NCBI GenBank assembly: GCA_964252035.1
Contig: OZ176202.1
Reading direction: 5' to 3' (one strand)
Origin: Podarcis erhardii
Lineage: Eukaryota
Length of the DNA stretch: 64,000 nucleotides
Shown here: one piece after another, positions 12,841-25,149 of the stretch
Layout of the letters: each line of letters begins with the position of its first letter
Position numbering within the stretch: position 1 is the first letter of the stretch
Program-made: the position numbers and the translations under genes
The notes under the pieces: generated by a model
Seen by the model: only the letters and a program-made list of their open reading frames with translations
Told to the model about the DNA's origin: nothing
The model's database searches: none

Positions 12841-13394
12841 TTTCTGGGCAACCGTCCAAAGGTCACCTGTTGGCAAGGCCAGAGTGAAGTAAGGCTAGGG
12901 TGAGAGGCAGTGACTGGCCCAAAGTCACCCCAAAGTCTTGGGGTCAATTGCCACATACCAGGCTTCATGGCTTTAAAGGGAACCAGTAATAATTAGAGAT
13001 TTGTGGTTGGATCTCTTGAGATATTTAGTAGTAAATGCAGTGGGGTTGGGGGTGGATCTCAGTTGGAATCTGGCTGCTGGGAGTTCGTCCAACTTCCCAG
13101 CAAAACCTCCCCTGTGAAGCTGCTATTTGCCCCACAAGTGAAAATTTCCCCTTACAAGGCAAATAGCAACTTGGGAGGTGGCGGAGAGATGCAGTGGAAA
13201 AATAACATGAGTGAAAGGATTAATTGCCCCTCCCTGATTGGATTTGTGGGTCTTGAGTACTGCAGTAATCAGGTTGCAGTCTTGTGTGCATTTACCTGGA
13301 AGTCTCGTTAAACTCAATGGGACTTACTTCTGAGTCGGTATGGTTAGGAGTCAGATGTTCTTGTAGTCACATCCACATAATACATGCTTGGAAA

Positions 13395-13670
13395 TTGTCA
13401 TTTACCCATCACAGGCTGTGCAACCCACTCTACCTTTAAAGCACATTCCCCACCCCAAAGAATTCTGGGCCCTGTAGTTCATTAAGGGTTGCTGGAAACT
13501 GTAACTTTGTGAGGGGGAAACTACAATGCCCAGAATTCTTTTGAGGGCAGGAAAGTGGTTTGAATGCCCTTTACAGGTACAGTGTAGCAATAGAGCTACA
13601 GTTCCCAGTAGCCTTTAAAAACTATAGTTCCCGGAATTCTTTTGGGGAGGGGAGCCATGTGTTTTAAATG
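13395..13670. mobile_element. Palindromic MITE-like repeat (tttaaagcacat...aactacagttcccag family); other copies at ~19175-19310, 20645-20710, 26655-26790, 39000-39085, 39400-39535
   Basis: Inverted ends tttaaagcacattcccc / gccatgtgttttaaa and recurrent gggaactgtagt/actacagttccc cores. Confidence 0.6.
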
Positions 13671-14199
13671 CAGAAGCCTTTTGCTCCGATTGCAAGGGCT
13701 TTTTGTCCTTGGCCATTCTGGAAAGGGCAATCCATCGAGGGCAATCTGTACATTGCGTCCCCTTGAGGTTTGCATAAGGAAACTAATTAATATTTGTATG
13801 GTCCTGTTCCTGCTGGTGATTTTGCATTTACAGTTGGCAAGGTTAGCACCGAGCAAAGGGAAGCAGCCTTCTGTTCCTTTTGCTTGGAGATCGAAAGCAG
13901 CATTCCCAGTTCTGGTAACAGGAGCTCGTAATTGCTCCGCCCCTCCCCCCACTTTGCACAATGACACAGCCCTTGATTACCCCTCTGCGCTGCCCATCAG
14001 TCTTGTTTTCGCTTATGATTTCTTGTAAGGCTAAAGGGCCATAAAACATTCTTATCTGCCTTTGTGGCAGCACTGGCTGAAGTGTTCTCTGAGATAACAG
14101 CTCTCTGAGCCGGAGAGAGGGAGGAACCTGTTTAGATTGCAAAACCATCTCTCTGCATCTGGAGAAACAGAAACTCCTGGAGTATAAAGCAGGCCTCTG

Positions 14200-15930
14200 A
14201 AAAGATAGCTTTCAAAGGGAAACTGGTTTGGAGATAACAAAAAAGGTGAAATATCTGGGGGTGAATTTAACATCCAAAAATATGAACCTGTTTAAAGACA
14301 ATTATGAGAAATGTTGGTTAGAAGTGAAGAAAGATCTTGACACATGGTCTAGATTGAGATTATCCTTGTTAGGCCGAATTGCTGTTATTAAGATGAATGT
14401 ATTGCCGAGATTGTTGTTTCTGTTCCAGACATTGCAAATTATAGACAAGATGGATTGTTTCAAGAAGTGGCAGAAAGATATATCTAAATTTGTCTGGCAG
14501 GGCAAAAAACCCAGAATAAAATTTAAGATTTTAACTGATGCAAAAGAAAGGGGGGGTTTTGCGCTGCCGGACTTAAGACTTTATTATGAAGCAGCAGCTT
14601 TTTGCTGGTTGAAGCAATGGCTACTTCTTGAAGACACAGATATTTTAGACTTGGAAGGGTATGATAACAATTTTGGCTGGCATGCATATCTATGGTATGA
14701 CAAGGCAAAGATATACAAAGGTTTTGAAAATCATATTGTCAGGAAAGCTTTATATAATGTTTGGAATCGATACAAGGATTTGTTGGAAAATAAAACACCC
14801 AGATGGTTGTCACCAATGGAAGCTAGAGCGGTAAAAAAACTTAACATGGACTCTAATTGGCCAAAATATAGTGAAATTATAGAATATGATGGTGAAAAAG
14901 TTAAACTACAGAGCTTTGAGAAATTAAAATCCAAAGTTCGAGACTGGTTACATTACTATCAGATAAATGAAACTTTTAAGCAGGACAAGAAACTAGGATT
15001 TCAGAAAGAGAGGTCAAAATTGGAAACAGAACTGTTAGAGACCAATACTAAGAATTTGTCTAAAATGTATAACTTGTTGCTGAAATGGAATACACAGGAT
15101 GAAACAGTTAAATCAGCAATGATTAAATGGGCACAAGACTTAGGTCATGATATTTTGTTTGCTGACTGGGAACAGTTATGGACCACAGGACTTAAATTTA
15201 CGGCATGTAGTGCCTTGAAAGAAAACATAATGAAAATGATCTATAGATGGTACATGACTCCAGTCAAGCTTGCAAAGATATATCATTTGCCCAGTAACAA
15301 ATGCTGGAAATGTAATGAATGTGAAGGAACTTTTTATCATCTTTGGTGGACCTGCCCAAGGGTTAAAGCCTACTGGGAAATGATCTATAATGAAATTAAG
15401 AAAGTCCTTAAGTGGATATTTGTAAAAAAACCGGAGGCTTTTCTCTTGGGCATGGTCGGCCAATTGGTACCAAAAAAAGATAAGATCTTTTTTATGTATG
15501 CAACTACAGCAGCAAGAATACTTCTAGCAAAGTATTGGAAGATGCAAGAACTACCTACTCTGGAAGAATGGCAGACGAAGGTGACTGAATTTATGGGATT
15601 GGCAGAGATGACCGGCAGAATCCGTGATCAGAGGAAGGAGACGGTGGAAGAGGACTGGAAAAAATTTAAATCATATCTTAAGAACTGTTGCAAAATTTTG
15701 GACTGATAAAATGTCAAGGGTTAAGAAATAGAGAATTATAGTTGGAAATATTTAAGTTAAGAAAATCATGAGGGAAATCAAATTTTGAAAAGGAATGAAG
15801 GATTGCTAAAAATTTTGGACACAGGGGTGCAGTGAAGGGGAGGCATGGGGAAGTCATGTATTGTTTGTTTGTTTGTTTAATTTTGTGTTTTTTGTTTTAT
15901 GAAAATTAATAAAAATTATTTAAAAAAAAA
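14200..15930 (+). mobile_element. Young 5'-truncated L1-clade LINE: uninterrupted ORF2 C-terminal half, 3' UTR, poly(A)
   Basis: ORF to 15706 with KYLGVNL, IKMNVLPRLLFLFQ, GGFALPDLRLYY and the Cys-rich CWKCNECEGTFYHLWWTC. Perfect 16-bp TSD ataaagcaggcctctg at 14184-14199 and 15931-15946. Confidence 0.92.
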
Positions 15931-16704
15931 ATAAAGCAGGCCTCTGGAGCTCTGATTGGTTATACACAGGAAGGTTTGAATGAAATGCCACCTGTACTCT
16001 GTGGCCTGGAAGAGGGCAGGACCACAGAAGGGATGGGGATGTGGCTGTGGCTGTGGCTCAGCAGTAAAGCACGTGATTTACATGCAAAAAGTCTTGGGGT
16101 CAGTTGCCACATACCAGGTTTCTAATTAAAGGTACCAGGTATCAGAAGATAGGGAAGATCTCCGTATATGCAAGGGAGCTGATCTGCCACAAATAATTCA
16201 GGGCACTGTCGTTTACCCTCAAGAGTCACAATTCCCAGCAACACTTAACAGACAGCAGTGCCCAGAATTCTGGGAAGGAGAGCATGCACTTTGAAAGTGC
16301 ATTAAAAGTACAGTGTTTGTACACAGCCCAGGGGAGGGCGGATCATTGTTTAGCTCAAGCTTTGCATTATGGGAAACCTTTCAGTAAGGGGCACATGTCA
16401 GCGGCAGGCAGGGGCTAAAGTGCACAGAGAAGCAGGCACGACTCTTGACTTTGAACAGTAACAGTTTGAGGTTTCTGCATACAGACATACAGCCCACGCA
16501 TCTCTCCGTCTCCTATGCAGGCAAGCAAGAGGGATTATCGCAGTTCAAGGACACGTTCCAGTCTGGTAAAAGCCATCCAGGAGGGTGGAGAGCAGGGCCA
16601 TTGAGAGGAGGAGCTTGTGAAGGGCCTGATAGAGAGGTGTGGAAGGGCTGTAGGAGTTGGGAACAGGTCAGCAACAACTCACAAGGGGTCAGGGAAGTTA
16701 ACTA

Positions 16705-17589
16705 CAGTGGTACCTCGGGTTAAGTACTTAATTCATTCCAGAGGTCCGTTCTTAACCTGAAACTGTTCTTAACCTTGATACGGGGGGGGGCATGTCTTTT
16801 TCACCTTCTTCTTCGCTACAATATATCCATTTATTTCCAATTGTCAATGTCAAAAGGGACTAAAATCTATAAAATTCATAGAAAATCAACGTGCCAATTT
16901 GCTCAATTTCTCTAGGACTCCATGACACCTCCCCTGTCCTTCATAATCCCTCAAGCAAGGTGTCAAGACCCTAATCCTGTCAAATCACTCTGCCAAGCCT
17001 TTCCTCCGGGCAATGCCAGTACATGGACCATTGTCTTCTCATCACCGGTACTCAGGATGTGCTTATCTGCGCATATCTCCAGCTCTGCATATTCCCTCCT
17101 CCCTCCTCCATATGTTAATCCTGTGTAACCCAACCTCTTCTTAATGTATTCATGATGTAATCTGTGTAACCCAACCTCTTCTTAATGTATTCATGATGTA
17201 ACTGGGATGTATTTTGCACTGTATTCTGGGACATGGAGGGAAGTTTCAAAAGTTCATGTCACCCCTTTCTCACTGTTCAATCTCGCCTTGAACCTGTTGC
17301 GCAATAAACTTGGATCTTCTGCAGCTTGCTCCTGTCTCCGGCTGAGCTCATTTTCCTCCGCAGGGACCCGCGGACTTAGTCCAACGAGCTGGGTGGCAGA
17401 GCAGCCTCGCACCCAGATTTTACCGTAACAACCTGAAGCACCACTTTAGCTAATGGGGCCTCCTGCTGTCGCCGTGCCGCCAGAGCACGGTTTCTGTTCT
17501 CATCCTGAAGCAAAGTTCTTAACCCGAGGTACTATTTCTGGGTTAGCGGAGTATGTAACCTGAAGCGTATGTAACCTGAGGTACCACTG
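16705..17589 (+). mobile_element. Tc1/mariner (Tigger/pogo-like) MITE, family A, split by a solo LTR
   Basis: TA|CAGTGGTACCTC...GAGGTACCACTG|TA. Its two halves match the intact copies at 27440-27681 and 54491-54716. Confidence 0.9.
16776..17430 (+). mobile_element. Solo LTR (ERV1- or Gypsy-like), 655 bp
   Basis: TGATACGG...CCGTAACA termini, 4-bp TSD acct (16772-16775 and 17431-17434), AATAAA at 17303-17308, and an internal 40-bp duplication (17121-17160, 17162-17201). Confidence 0.85.
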
Positions 17590-17594
17590 TATTC

Positions 17595-18091
17595 AGAGAA
17601 ACCAAAGCAGCTCAGGCCTAGTGAGCACAGCATATCTTCCCAGTGGATCTTGCCCCAATGAGGCAGTTGCGAGGACTAAGACTCCCCCCCCCCAGGTCCT
17701 TCCTAAGCAACCTGAGACTTCTTTGCCTTGTCTGCCTCTGCTCCATCCTCTTCATACTTCTGTGGGTTCTGGGAGACCAGAGGGAGGGGAGCTGGTCACA
17801 GCAGGAGGGAGAGACTCTCTGGCTTCTCAAGGAGCCCACCTCATCTCTGCCTCTTGACCCTTCTCTCCAGCCTCTGATTCTGGACTGCCCTCTGCCACAG
17901 CCTCTTCCTGCTCACTAAACTCTGTTGTCTCTCCAACTTCCAACATCTCCTTCTCCCAATCTGCTCCTTCTTCTCCCTCTGACCGCTCGCCATCATCCCA
18001 CCACCAATCCCCTGGCCCTGAGCCTTCTTCCTTTGGGGGTTCCCTGGCTAGTACCTCCCACCACTTATCAGCATCCAGCCAGTCCATGACA
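17595..18091 (-). mobile_element. Putative LTR fragment (minus strand begins TGTCATGGA)
   Basis: LTR-like 5' terminus and a purine-rich U3-like stretch. The other end and a TSD were not found. Confidence 0.45.
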
Positions 18092-20313
18092 CTAAGGTTC
18101 CCAACCTTTAAGATGTGCAATACAGGACTAAATGGACAGCCAGTCTGGTTTTGTGTGAGTTTGCCATGTTCTTAAAGAAAGAAGATGGGATTGTTTTGGT
18201 TTTTATCATTTTGTATTGCTTTATTTTTTAAAATAAATAAATAAATAGTGATGCAGTGCATAGGAATGGGTATTGAAGCCTTTCGAAATTCAGGCAGAAT
18301 AAGAAAGTTGTACATCCCTGCCTGAAATCCTTCATTATAAAGGGGAAGATGTTCCAGAGTTGGGGTGCCACCACCAAAAAGGCTCTGCACCACATCCTCC
18401 TCTGCTATGCTTCTACTGGTGGCATCAGGTGGAGCAAGGCATATCTAATCATGAATGTAAAGGACAGGCAAGTTCATATCACCTTTCCCCCTACCTGCTG
18501 TCTAACAAACTAGTGAAAGCATGATTTCTCACGCCAACAATGCTACTCTGAGGGCTGACATGCAGAAGGTCTGCCTCAAATTAAAATGAAAGATACTTGG
18601 ATCATGCAACAAAACTGATCCGGAGGTGCATCTGGGCTGCACTCTGAAGTAAGTGTTTCCTCAAGGGTAGCAGCCTATTGCCCAGATACACCTTGCTGCA
18701 ATCCAAGGGAAAGCTGATGAAAGTTTGATACATAACCAGGAAGTATAAAACAAATCTCAGGAGGGAAGAAAAACATACAAGCTCTCCTGAGGTTTGGGTA
18801 CTGCTTATTGACTTACCAGGTGCATCTAAATCCATCCTAGATTAACTAGAGAACCAACAACATGACAGTTCATAGTCAATTTTTATGTCACCTATGATCA
18901 CATTTACACTGCTCCTGGTGATAGGTTTTGATACTTTCTGCAGGTATTATGGCAATACACAGTATAATCACTATCTTATTATGTTTACAGTGTAATCAGA
19001 TGAATAGCCTAATAAAACTTTGACAGGGCTTCCAACCTCATTGCTTTGTGATCAGAACACTTGTTGTTTTTTTAAATCAATATTAATTGGTTTCTCAAGA
19101 TTGCCTTGGACAATATATCCGCACTAGACCTCTTCAGTCTGAGGAACTGGCACTGTTACAGGTGCTGCACATTCCTTCCCCTGAAAAGTATCTTGGGAAC
19201 TGTAGTTTAACCCCTCACAGAACTACAGTTCCCAGCACCCTTCGCAAATTACAGCTCCCAGGATTCTTGTTGGGGAGGTTGCTTTAAATGAACATATTTA
19301 AATGAACATTGCGTACATACCATATCAGCCTGCGAATTCCTGAGAATGATATCTTATTGAAGACAGCATCTGGCCACATCCACAATATTCTGCCTTGCAT
19401 TCTTGTTACTCGCCTTGGGGAAACCTTTGTTATGCAAAGATGGGTCATAAATCTTGGTTAAGAGACTGAGCTATGTATCAGGAAGTCTCCACTTTGAATC
19501 TCACTCCTGTCCTTGTCTCACTAGCTGGCCTTAGGCAATCTAAACTGTCTCGGCCCTATTACAGATGGGGGTTAATAATGTTGATTTACCTTCTAGGCGT
19601 GTTGTCAGGATTACAAACAGGGTGCATATGAAGAGCTCTGAACACTTGAAAGCACAGTACAATTGTTATTGTTAAGATAAAGAGGCTGGGGAAAACTTCT
19701 GCCTGAGGCTTTGGTTCTCTCCCAGACTGTCTGGGCTGTTGCAGAGAATCTGTTTATTAAGCATTTGTCCCAATCTGTTTGCAATAATAATAATAATCAA
19801 AAATGCATGGAGATTGATATGAGGTCACTGTTTGGTTTTTTTTGTTTTGTTTTTTTTTTTAAGATAATTTTGTTTTGGATATTTTTATTTTAACCTCTGT
19901 ATCTGTATTCGATCTGAAACTTTTTTAATATATGGAATTTTTTTTGTTGCTGATGTTTTTATTGTTAAATCCTTTCAATATGTTTTTATAAAGTAATGGG
20001 GTTCGCGGGTGGAAATGAATGAATAGCATCCCATGATCACATACTTCCCTTTGCATTTTCCCATCGCTTTTCTTAGCACAAAATTTCTGTGTGGGCAGTT
20101 GCATGTGCTACGTTGGAAGTAGGTTTGTTGTGCAAGAGTGCCAAATTCATTTTAAGTGTGCAAACCAATTTTGCTGGTATATAAGTGATTCAATACAGTT
20201 GCAGTCTAGAAGGGACCTGCAGCCCTATAGCATTTCTGAGGCATTGCCATTCCTCTCTTTGCTGTTAGTATAAATGAAACTGTGCTTCCACATGATACTT
20301 GGCTAAGTATAGT

Positions 20314-20635
20314 AAATGTAAAGGGACCCCTGACCATTAGGTCCAGTCGTGGCCGACTCTGGGGTTGCGGCGCTCATCTCGCTTTATTGGCAGAGGGAGC
20401 CGGCGTACAGCTTCCGGGTCATGTGGCCAGCATGACTAAGCCACTTCTGACGAACCAGAGCAGCACACGGAAACACCGTTTACCTTCCCACCTATTTATC
20501 TACTTGCACTTTGATGTGCTTTCAAACTGCTAGGTTGGCAGGAGCAGGGACCGAACAACAGGAGCTCACCCTGCCGACCTTCTGATTGGCAAGCCCTAGG
20601 CTCTGTGGTTTAACCCACAGCGCCACCCGCATCCC
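20314..20635 (-). mobile_element. Sauria (Squam1) SINE with B-box deletion
   Basis: Matches the other copies in this window, with the gggtccctttac tail. About 18 bp around gttcgaatcc are missing. Confidence 0.88.
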
Positions 20636-22001
20636 CAGGCTGAGTATACACCATACATTTAAAGCACATTGTTTCCCCCCCCCAAGAATCCTGGGAATTG
20701 TAGTTTACCCTTCCAGACTCCCTGGCCTTCCGGAAACCTGCCGTTTAATTCACAGTTTCCTTTCTTTCTCATCCACAGCTGTTGCCAAAACTGACCTAAA
20801 ATTATTCAGTTGTTTCTTCTCTGCAGCTGTAGAACCCTCCGCTGTTCGTTCATCCATTTTAAGAAGTTTAATTTCCATTAGCACACTTGTGCTTGGGGGT
20901 GTAGGGGAAATGAATTTTAAAAGTTTTAATCGCACATGCACTTTTAAAAGGAGATGAGATCACAAAGGAAGGCAAAATGGAGTTACGGGTTGCGTAGCGG
21001 TACATGGTAATGAACCCAGGAAACTCTGCACAGAAAAAAGCAGGACTTCACCTATTACACGACCAATGTCCTAGAATTGTGCACTGCACTGAAAGTGCTT
21101 TGCAAGTCTGCACTGGGCAGGCTGGCAGCTGCAGTTACATTTGAAGTCAGGGAAAATCACAGCAAACCAAGTATTTAAAAAGGAAGGCGAAAGCGCTGCC
21201 GTGGTTTTGGAATTGCATAATTGGGATACTCTGCAATCACTGAGAGAATGAATGAATGAATGGCGTCTGGAGAAAACGGCTTGTGTGAAATCAGTGAGGA
21301 AAGAGGGGAAGGGCTGGTTCTTCAGGGGCTAGAGCAGGAAATTTGCCTGCAAAAGTTCCCAGGTTCAGTTCCTGGCCATCTCCCTGTAGCACTGGGGAAG
21401 CTCCCCTCTTCTTCCTGAAACTGGAAACTCTGTTGAAAATGCAGAGCGAGGTGGACCCAGGGGTCTGGTTATCAGAGGAGATGGTCCAGATAGACCAGGG
21501 GTCTGATTCAACAGGAGGCAGGCCCCTGTTACGTTATAGCCACCCATGACCTTCACTTGTCCCTTCAGGCGAGGATCGGAAGCGTAGAGAACAGAGGAAC
21601 TTGCAAGATGTGTGCGTAACAGTCCCTTCCTTCTGCAATCTTTGCCCTTCCCTTAGCCTACGTTAATACACATGCATACCTTTGCTTCCCCTTCCCTTTC
21701 TTATTCCTCATTTGGAAAGAAACTGCCCTGAGGAGAGAAGTCATCCCACAAGGTATTTCAAAGCCCCAAGCACAATTGCCGTCTTGTACAAGTCTAGTTC
21801 CTCCCTAGGACTGGGGAAAGCTGCAGAAAACTGATCTATTTGGGCCTCTCCAGGCAGCCTCTCTCATGTGTCGTCCAGCTGATTTGCACTCCTGGTGCTC
21901 TCAGGGTGGTCACATGGGCTCCTGCATTGAAATTGGTTTGTACCCTCCTGGGACAACGCATAAACAGCCATCTGTGCGTGGTCTGTAGCTTCCAGAAAAT
22001 A

Positions 22002-22252
22002 CAGTCGTACCTTGGAAGTCAAACAGCCTAGTTCTTGAATGTTTTGGCTCCCAAATGATCAAAACCTGGAAGTGACTGTTCTGGTTTTTGAACATTCTTT
22101 TGGAAGCCAAATGTCTGACAAGACTTCCTGGATTCTGATTGGCTGCAGGAATTTCCTGCAGCCAGTCAGAAGCCACACTTTGGTTTTCAACCATTTTGGA
22201 AGCCGAACAGACTTCCGGAACGGATTCCATTTGACTTCCAAGGTACGACTTG
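22002..22252. mobile_element. Tigger-like MITE, family B
   Basis: TA|CAGTCGTACCTTGGAAGTC...GACTTCCAAGGTACGACT, internally palindromic. Sister copy at 48235-48476. Confidence 0.8.
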
Positions 22253-22703
22253 ACAAGAAATGTTCTGTTTGGGTATGTGTGTGTGTTTTCTTTTACTACC
22301 ACCTCTGATGCGCTAATGGCGCTATGGCAGTGTGACAAACTGAAGTTGCTTCTTTGTGACATAAGCCACTCCCTTCTTGCTGATGCTGTTTTTGTGGAAC
22401 CCAGGGCACAGAAATCACAGCCTGAACGTTAAAACGGCAAAATGAAAGTATGATGCAGGCATGATGTCATAACGCAAACTACTTATGCTTAAATAGAGCA
22501 GGGGTATATGTATGTGGCACCCGCTCTCTTCAGCTGCTTGGCTCTGGATACAGCAGCTTTGCTTGTGTCAGGAGTGTCAAGGAGAACCTTTGTGGTTGGT
22601 TGAGCCTCGTAGGGTTTTGTTTTGCCCTGGAAAATAAAGTTTGAATAAAAGGGAGGAAGCGCTTTGGGGCAGCCCAAACAGGATACATGTACACACAGAA
22701 TGA

Positions 22704-23090
22704 GGGAACACGGGTGGCGCTGTGGTCTAAACCACTGAGCCTCTTGGGCTTGCTGATCAGAAGGTCAGCGGTTCGAATCCCTGAGATGGGGTGAGCTCCC
22801 ATTGCTCTGTCCCAACTCCTGCCAACCTAGCAGTTCGAAAGCACACTAGTGCAAGTAGATAAATAGAAAGCGCTGCAGCAGGAAGTTAAACAGCATTTCC
22901 GTGCACTCTGGTTTCTGTCACGGTGTTCTGTTGTGCCATAAGCGGTTTAGTCATATTGTCCACATGACCTGGAAACCTGTCTGTGGATGAAAGCTGGCTC
23001 CCTCGGCCTGAAAGCGAGATGAGTGCCACAACCCTATAGTCACCTTTGACTGGACTTATTCGTCCATGGGTCCTTTACCTTTACCTTTTT
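22704..23090 (+). mobile_element. Sauria (Squam1) SINE, full length
   Basis: tRNA-like head with B box ggttcgaatcc and a (tttacc)n tail. TSD acayacagaatgagg at 22691-22705 and 23091-23105. Confidence 0.9.
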
Positions 23091-24359
23091 ACATACAGAA
23101 TGAGGAGAGGACTCTGTAAGTGTGTATACTGATAGAGAAATTAAGGGGGGGTGCTAGTGTATCAGTGTATTGTTAGCTGCTCTGAGAATGTCAGAGGAGT
23201 AAACCCTACACAAATCTGGAGTGGAGTCCTTAAGATTTTTGGATGGCGCCTTGTACGCCTCCTTCCCTCAGCTCCTGCAGCCAAGTTGGTGCCAAACATA
23301 TTGCTCTGCTTTCCTTTGGACCACATTAGCAAGGCTGAGATTGGAGGGGGGATTTTGGCATTGGGGCAGCAAAGGACCCCCCATACACACTGTCCAGGCT
23401 TGCACCCCAGGGAGGACACTTTGGTGCTGCTAACGAAGTGGTTTGACTTCACCCCAGGAGGTACACTCAGTTGTCTTTTGACACAAACAGTTGCCAATAA
23501 CAACGCACTGCTACAGAGTATCAGCACCTCCCTTTTTGCTGCCCATGGCAGCCATTTTGTGCTGGCGCTCACGGCACGTTTATCAATATATGAATACTGG
23601 CAATTCATTTTAAAAAACAACAACAACCATCCATAAAAGCACTGCCTGAAGGAAGTATTGGAGGTTACATTTTAAAAAATGTTTTCAAAAGTAACCTGAA
23701 GGCTGGTTTTTGAAATGGCAGATGCCTCTACCAATGGAAGAGAAGGGGGAGAGGGGGAGGTTTGCCATTTCGCCCTTTTAGCCGAAGCTCCCTATCCGCT
23801 CTCTTCTGAAAGGTGCCAATTTGCAAGGGGCAAGGGGAGGTGCTGAAACACACCAGATCGCTACTAGGAAATGCAGGGGGATTCCTTCTTCTGTCAGCAT
23901 CGCCAGCTTTCAGTCGACAGCAGCAAATCACTAGGCGTGTGGTAACATTTGGCTCGCTCTCTTCTCCCCCCCCCCATATGCTCAAAGCAAAGGAGGCATG
24001 CCTGCGCAGATCCTCCTCACATATGAATGACTCTCCATCCAGGTATCATGGTGAGTTTCTGCTGCAAAAGTGTTCTTTTACCTCCTTTGGCACACAGATT
24101 ATTAGTCATTGTGGTTGTTTCTCCGGTGGTTGCCCCACACAAAGCCGCCATTCATCCACAGGAATGCTCAAGTGCTTTCATTCTTACATAAGCACTGAGA
24201 ATACCTGGTGCAATGTCTCATGGGGGGGGGGCTTCATTGAAAACGGATGTAGTTTTCACATTTCCTGCCTTGGGGGAATTCTTCTCTGCACTACCTTGCC
24301 TGCTGAAGATGCCCAGGGAACCCGTGTGTCTTGCAAAGGATTCTGGGGGCATGTTCTAA

Positions 24360-24860
24360 GGCAGAGGTTTTCAACCTTTTTTTTTTTTTTTTTTTTTTGA
24401 GTCCACGGCTCCCTTGACCCAACTACATTCTTTCTGCAGCACCCCTGTGGTGCTCAGGAGCCCAGTTATGTCAGCCCTTGCCTGCAGAGCCAACAGCGCC
24501 TTACCCCTTTTCAAACACCCTCCCTTGGGGTGTGTTCCCTCAGCCTCCTCTCCCCTCCCCTCTCCTTGCAAGTTCTCTGGGTGGCTGCAGCTGCCAGCCC
24601 TGGTCTCTGAGCTACCCCGCTCCTGGCCTAAAGAGAGGTGCCTCCTTGCACTGCCCCACAGGAGCCTGGGAAGCACCCCCTGGCCAGCCCCAGAGGCACC
24701 ATTCGCTTGGGGAGCTTGTAGCCAGAGCTGCTGCAACAATCAGCTGTGCAGGCCTCTGGGAGGCAGAAATGTGAGAGGGCATCAGAGGAGGGAGGGAAGG
24801 AAAGAGGGACAGGGGCCAGTGTTGCCCGCGGCACCCCTGACCATCATTCAAAGCACCCCA
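24360..24860. mobile_element. hAT-like non-autonomous element, right end replaced by a BovB fragment
   Basis: Starts cagaggttttcaacc and has subterminal gcggcacccctg-type motifs. The matching right TIR was not found. Confidence 0.4.
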
Positions 24861-25149
24861 TCAGCCCTGAGTGCTCACTGGAAGGACAGATCCTGAAGCT
24901 GAGGCTCCAAGACTTTGGCCACCTCATGAGAAGAGAAGACTCCCTGGAAAAGACCCTGATGTTGGGAAAGATTGAGGGCACAAGGAGAAGGGGACGACAG
25001 AGGACAAGATGGTTAGACAGCGTTCTCAAAGCTACCAACATGAGTTTGACCAAACTGCGGGAGTCAGTGGAAGACAGGAATGCCTGGTGTGCTCTGGTCC
25101 ATGGGGTCACGAAGAGTCGGACACGACTAAACGACTAAACAACAACAAG
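24861..25149 (+). mobile_element. BovB (RTE) LINE 3' fragment
   Basis: Encodes SLEGQILKLRLQDFGHLMRREDSLEKTLMLGKIEGTRRRGRQRTRWLD. Tail gtcggacacgactaaacgactaaacaacaacaa. Confidence 0.92.

Noticed and set aside
17827-18120. Acidic, Trp-rich 97-aa ORF (MDWLDADKWWE...)
   Set aside because: It lies in a purine-rich LTR-like repeat and has no splice or homology support.
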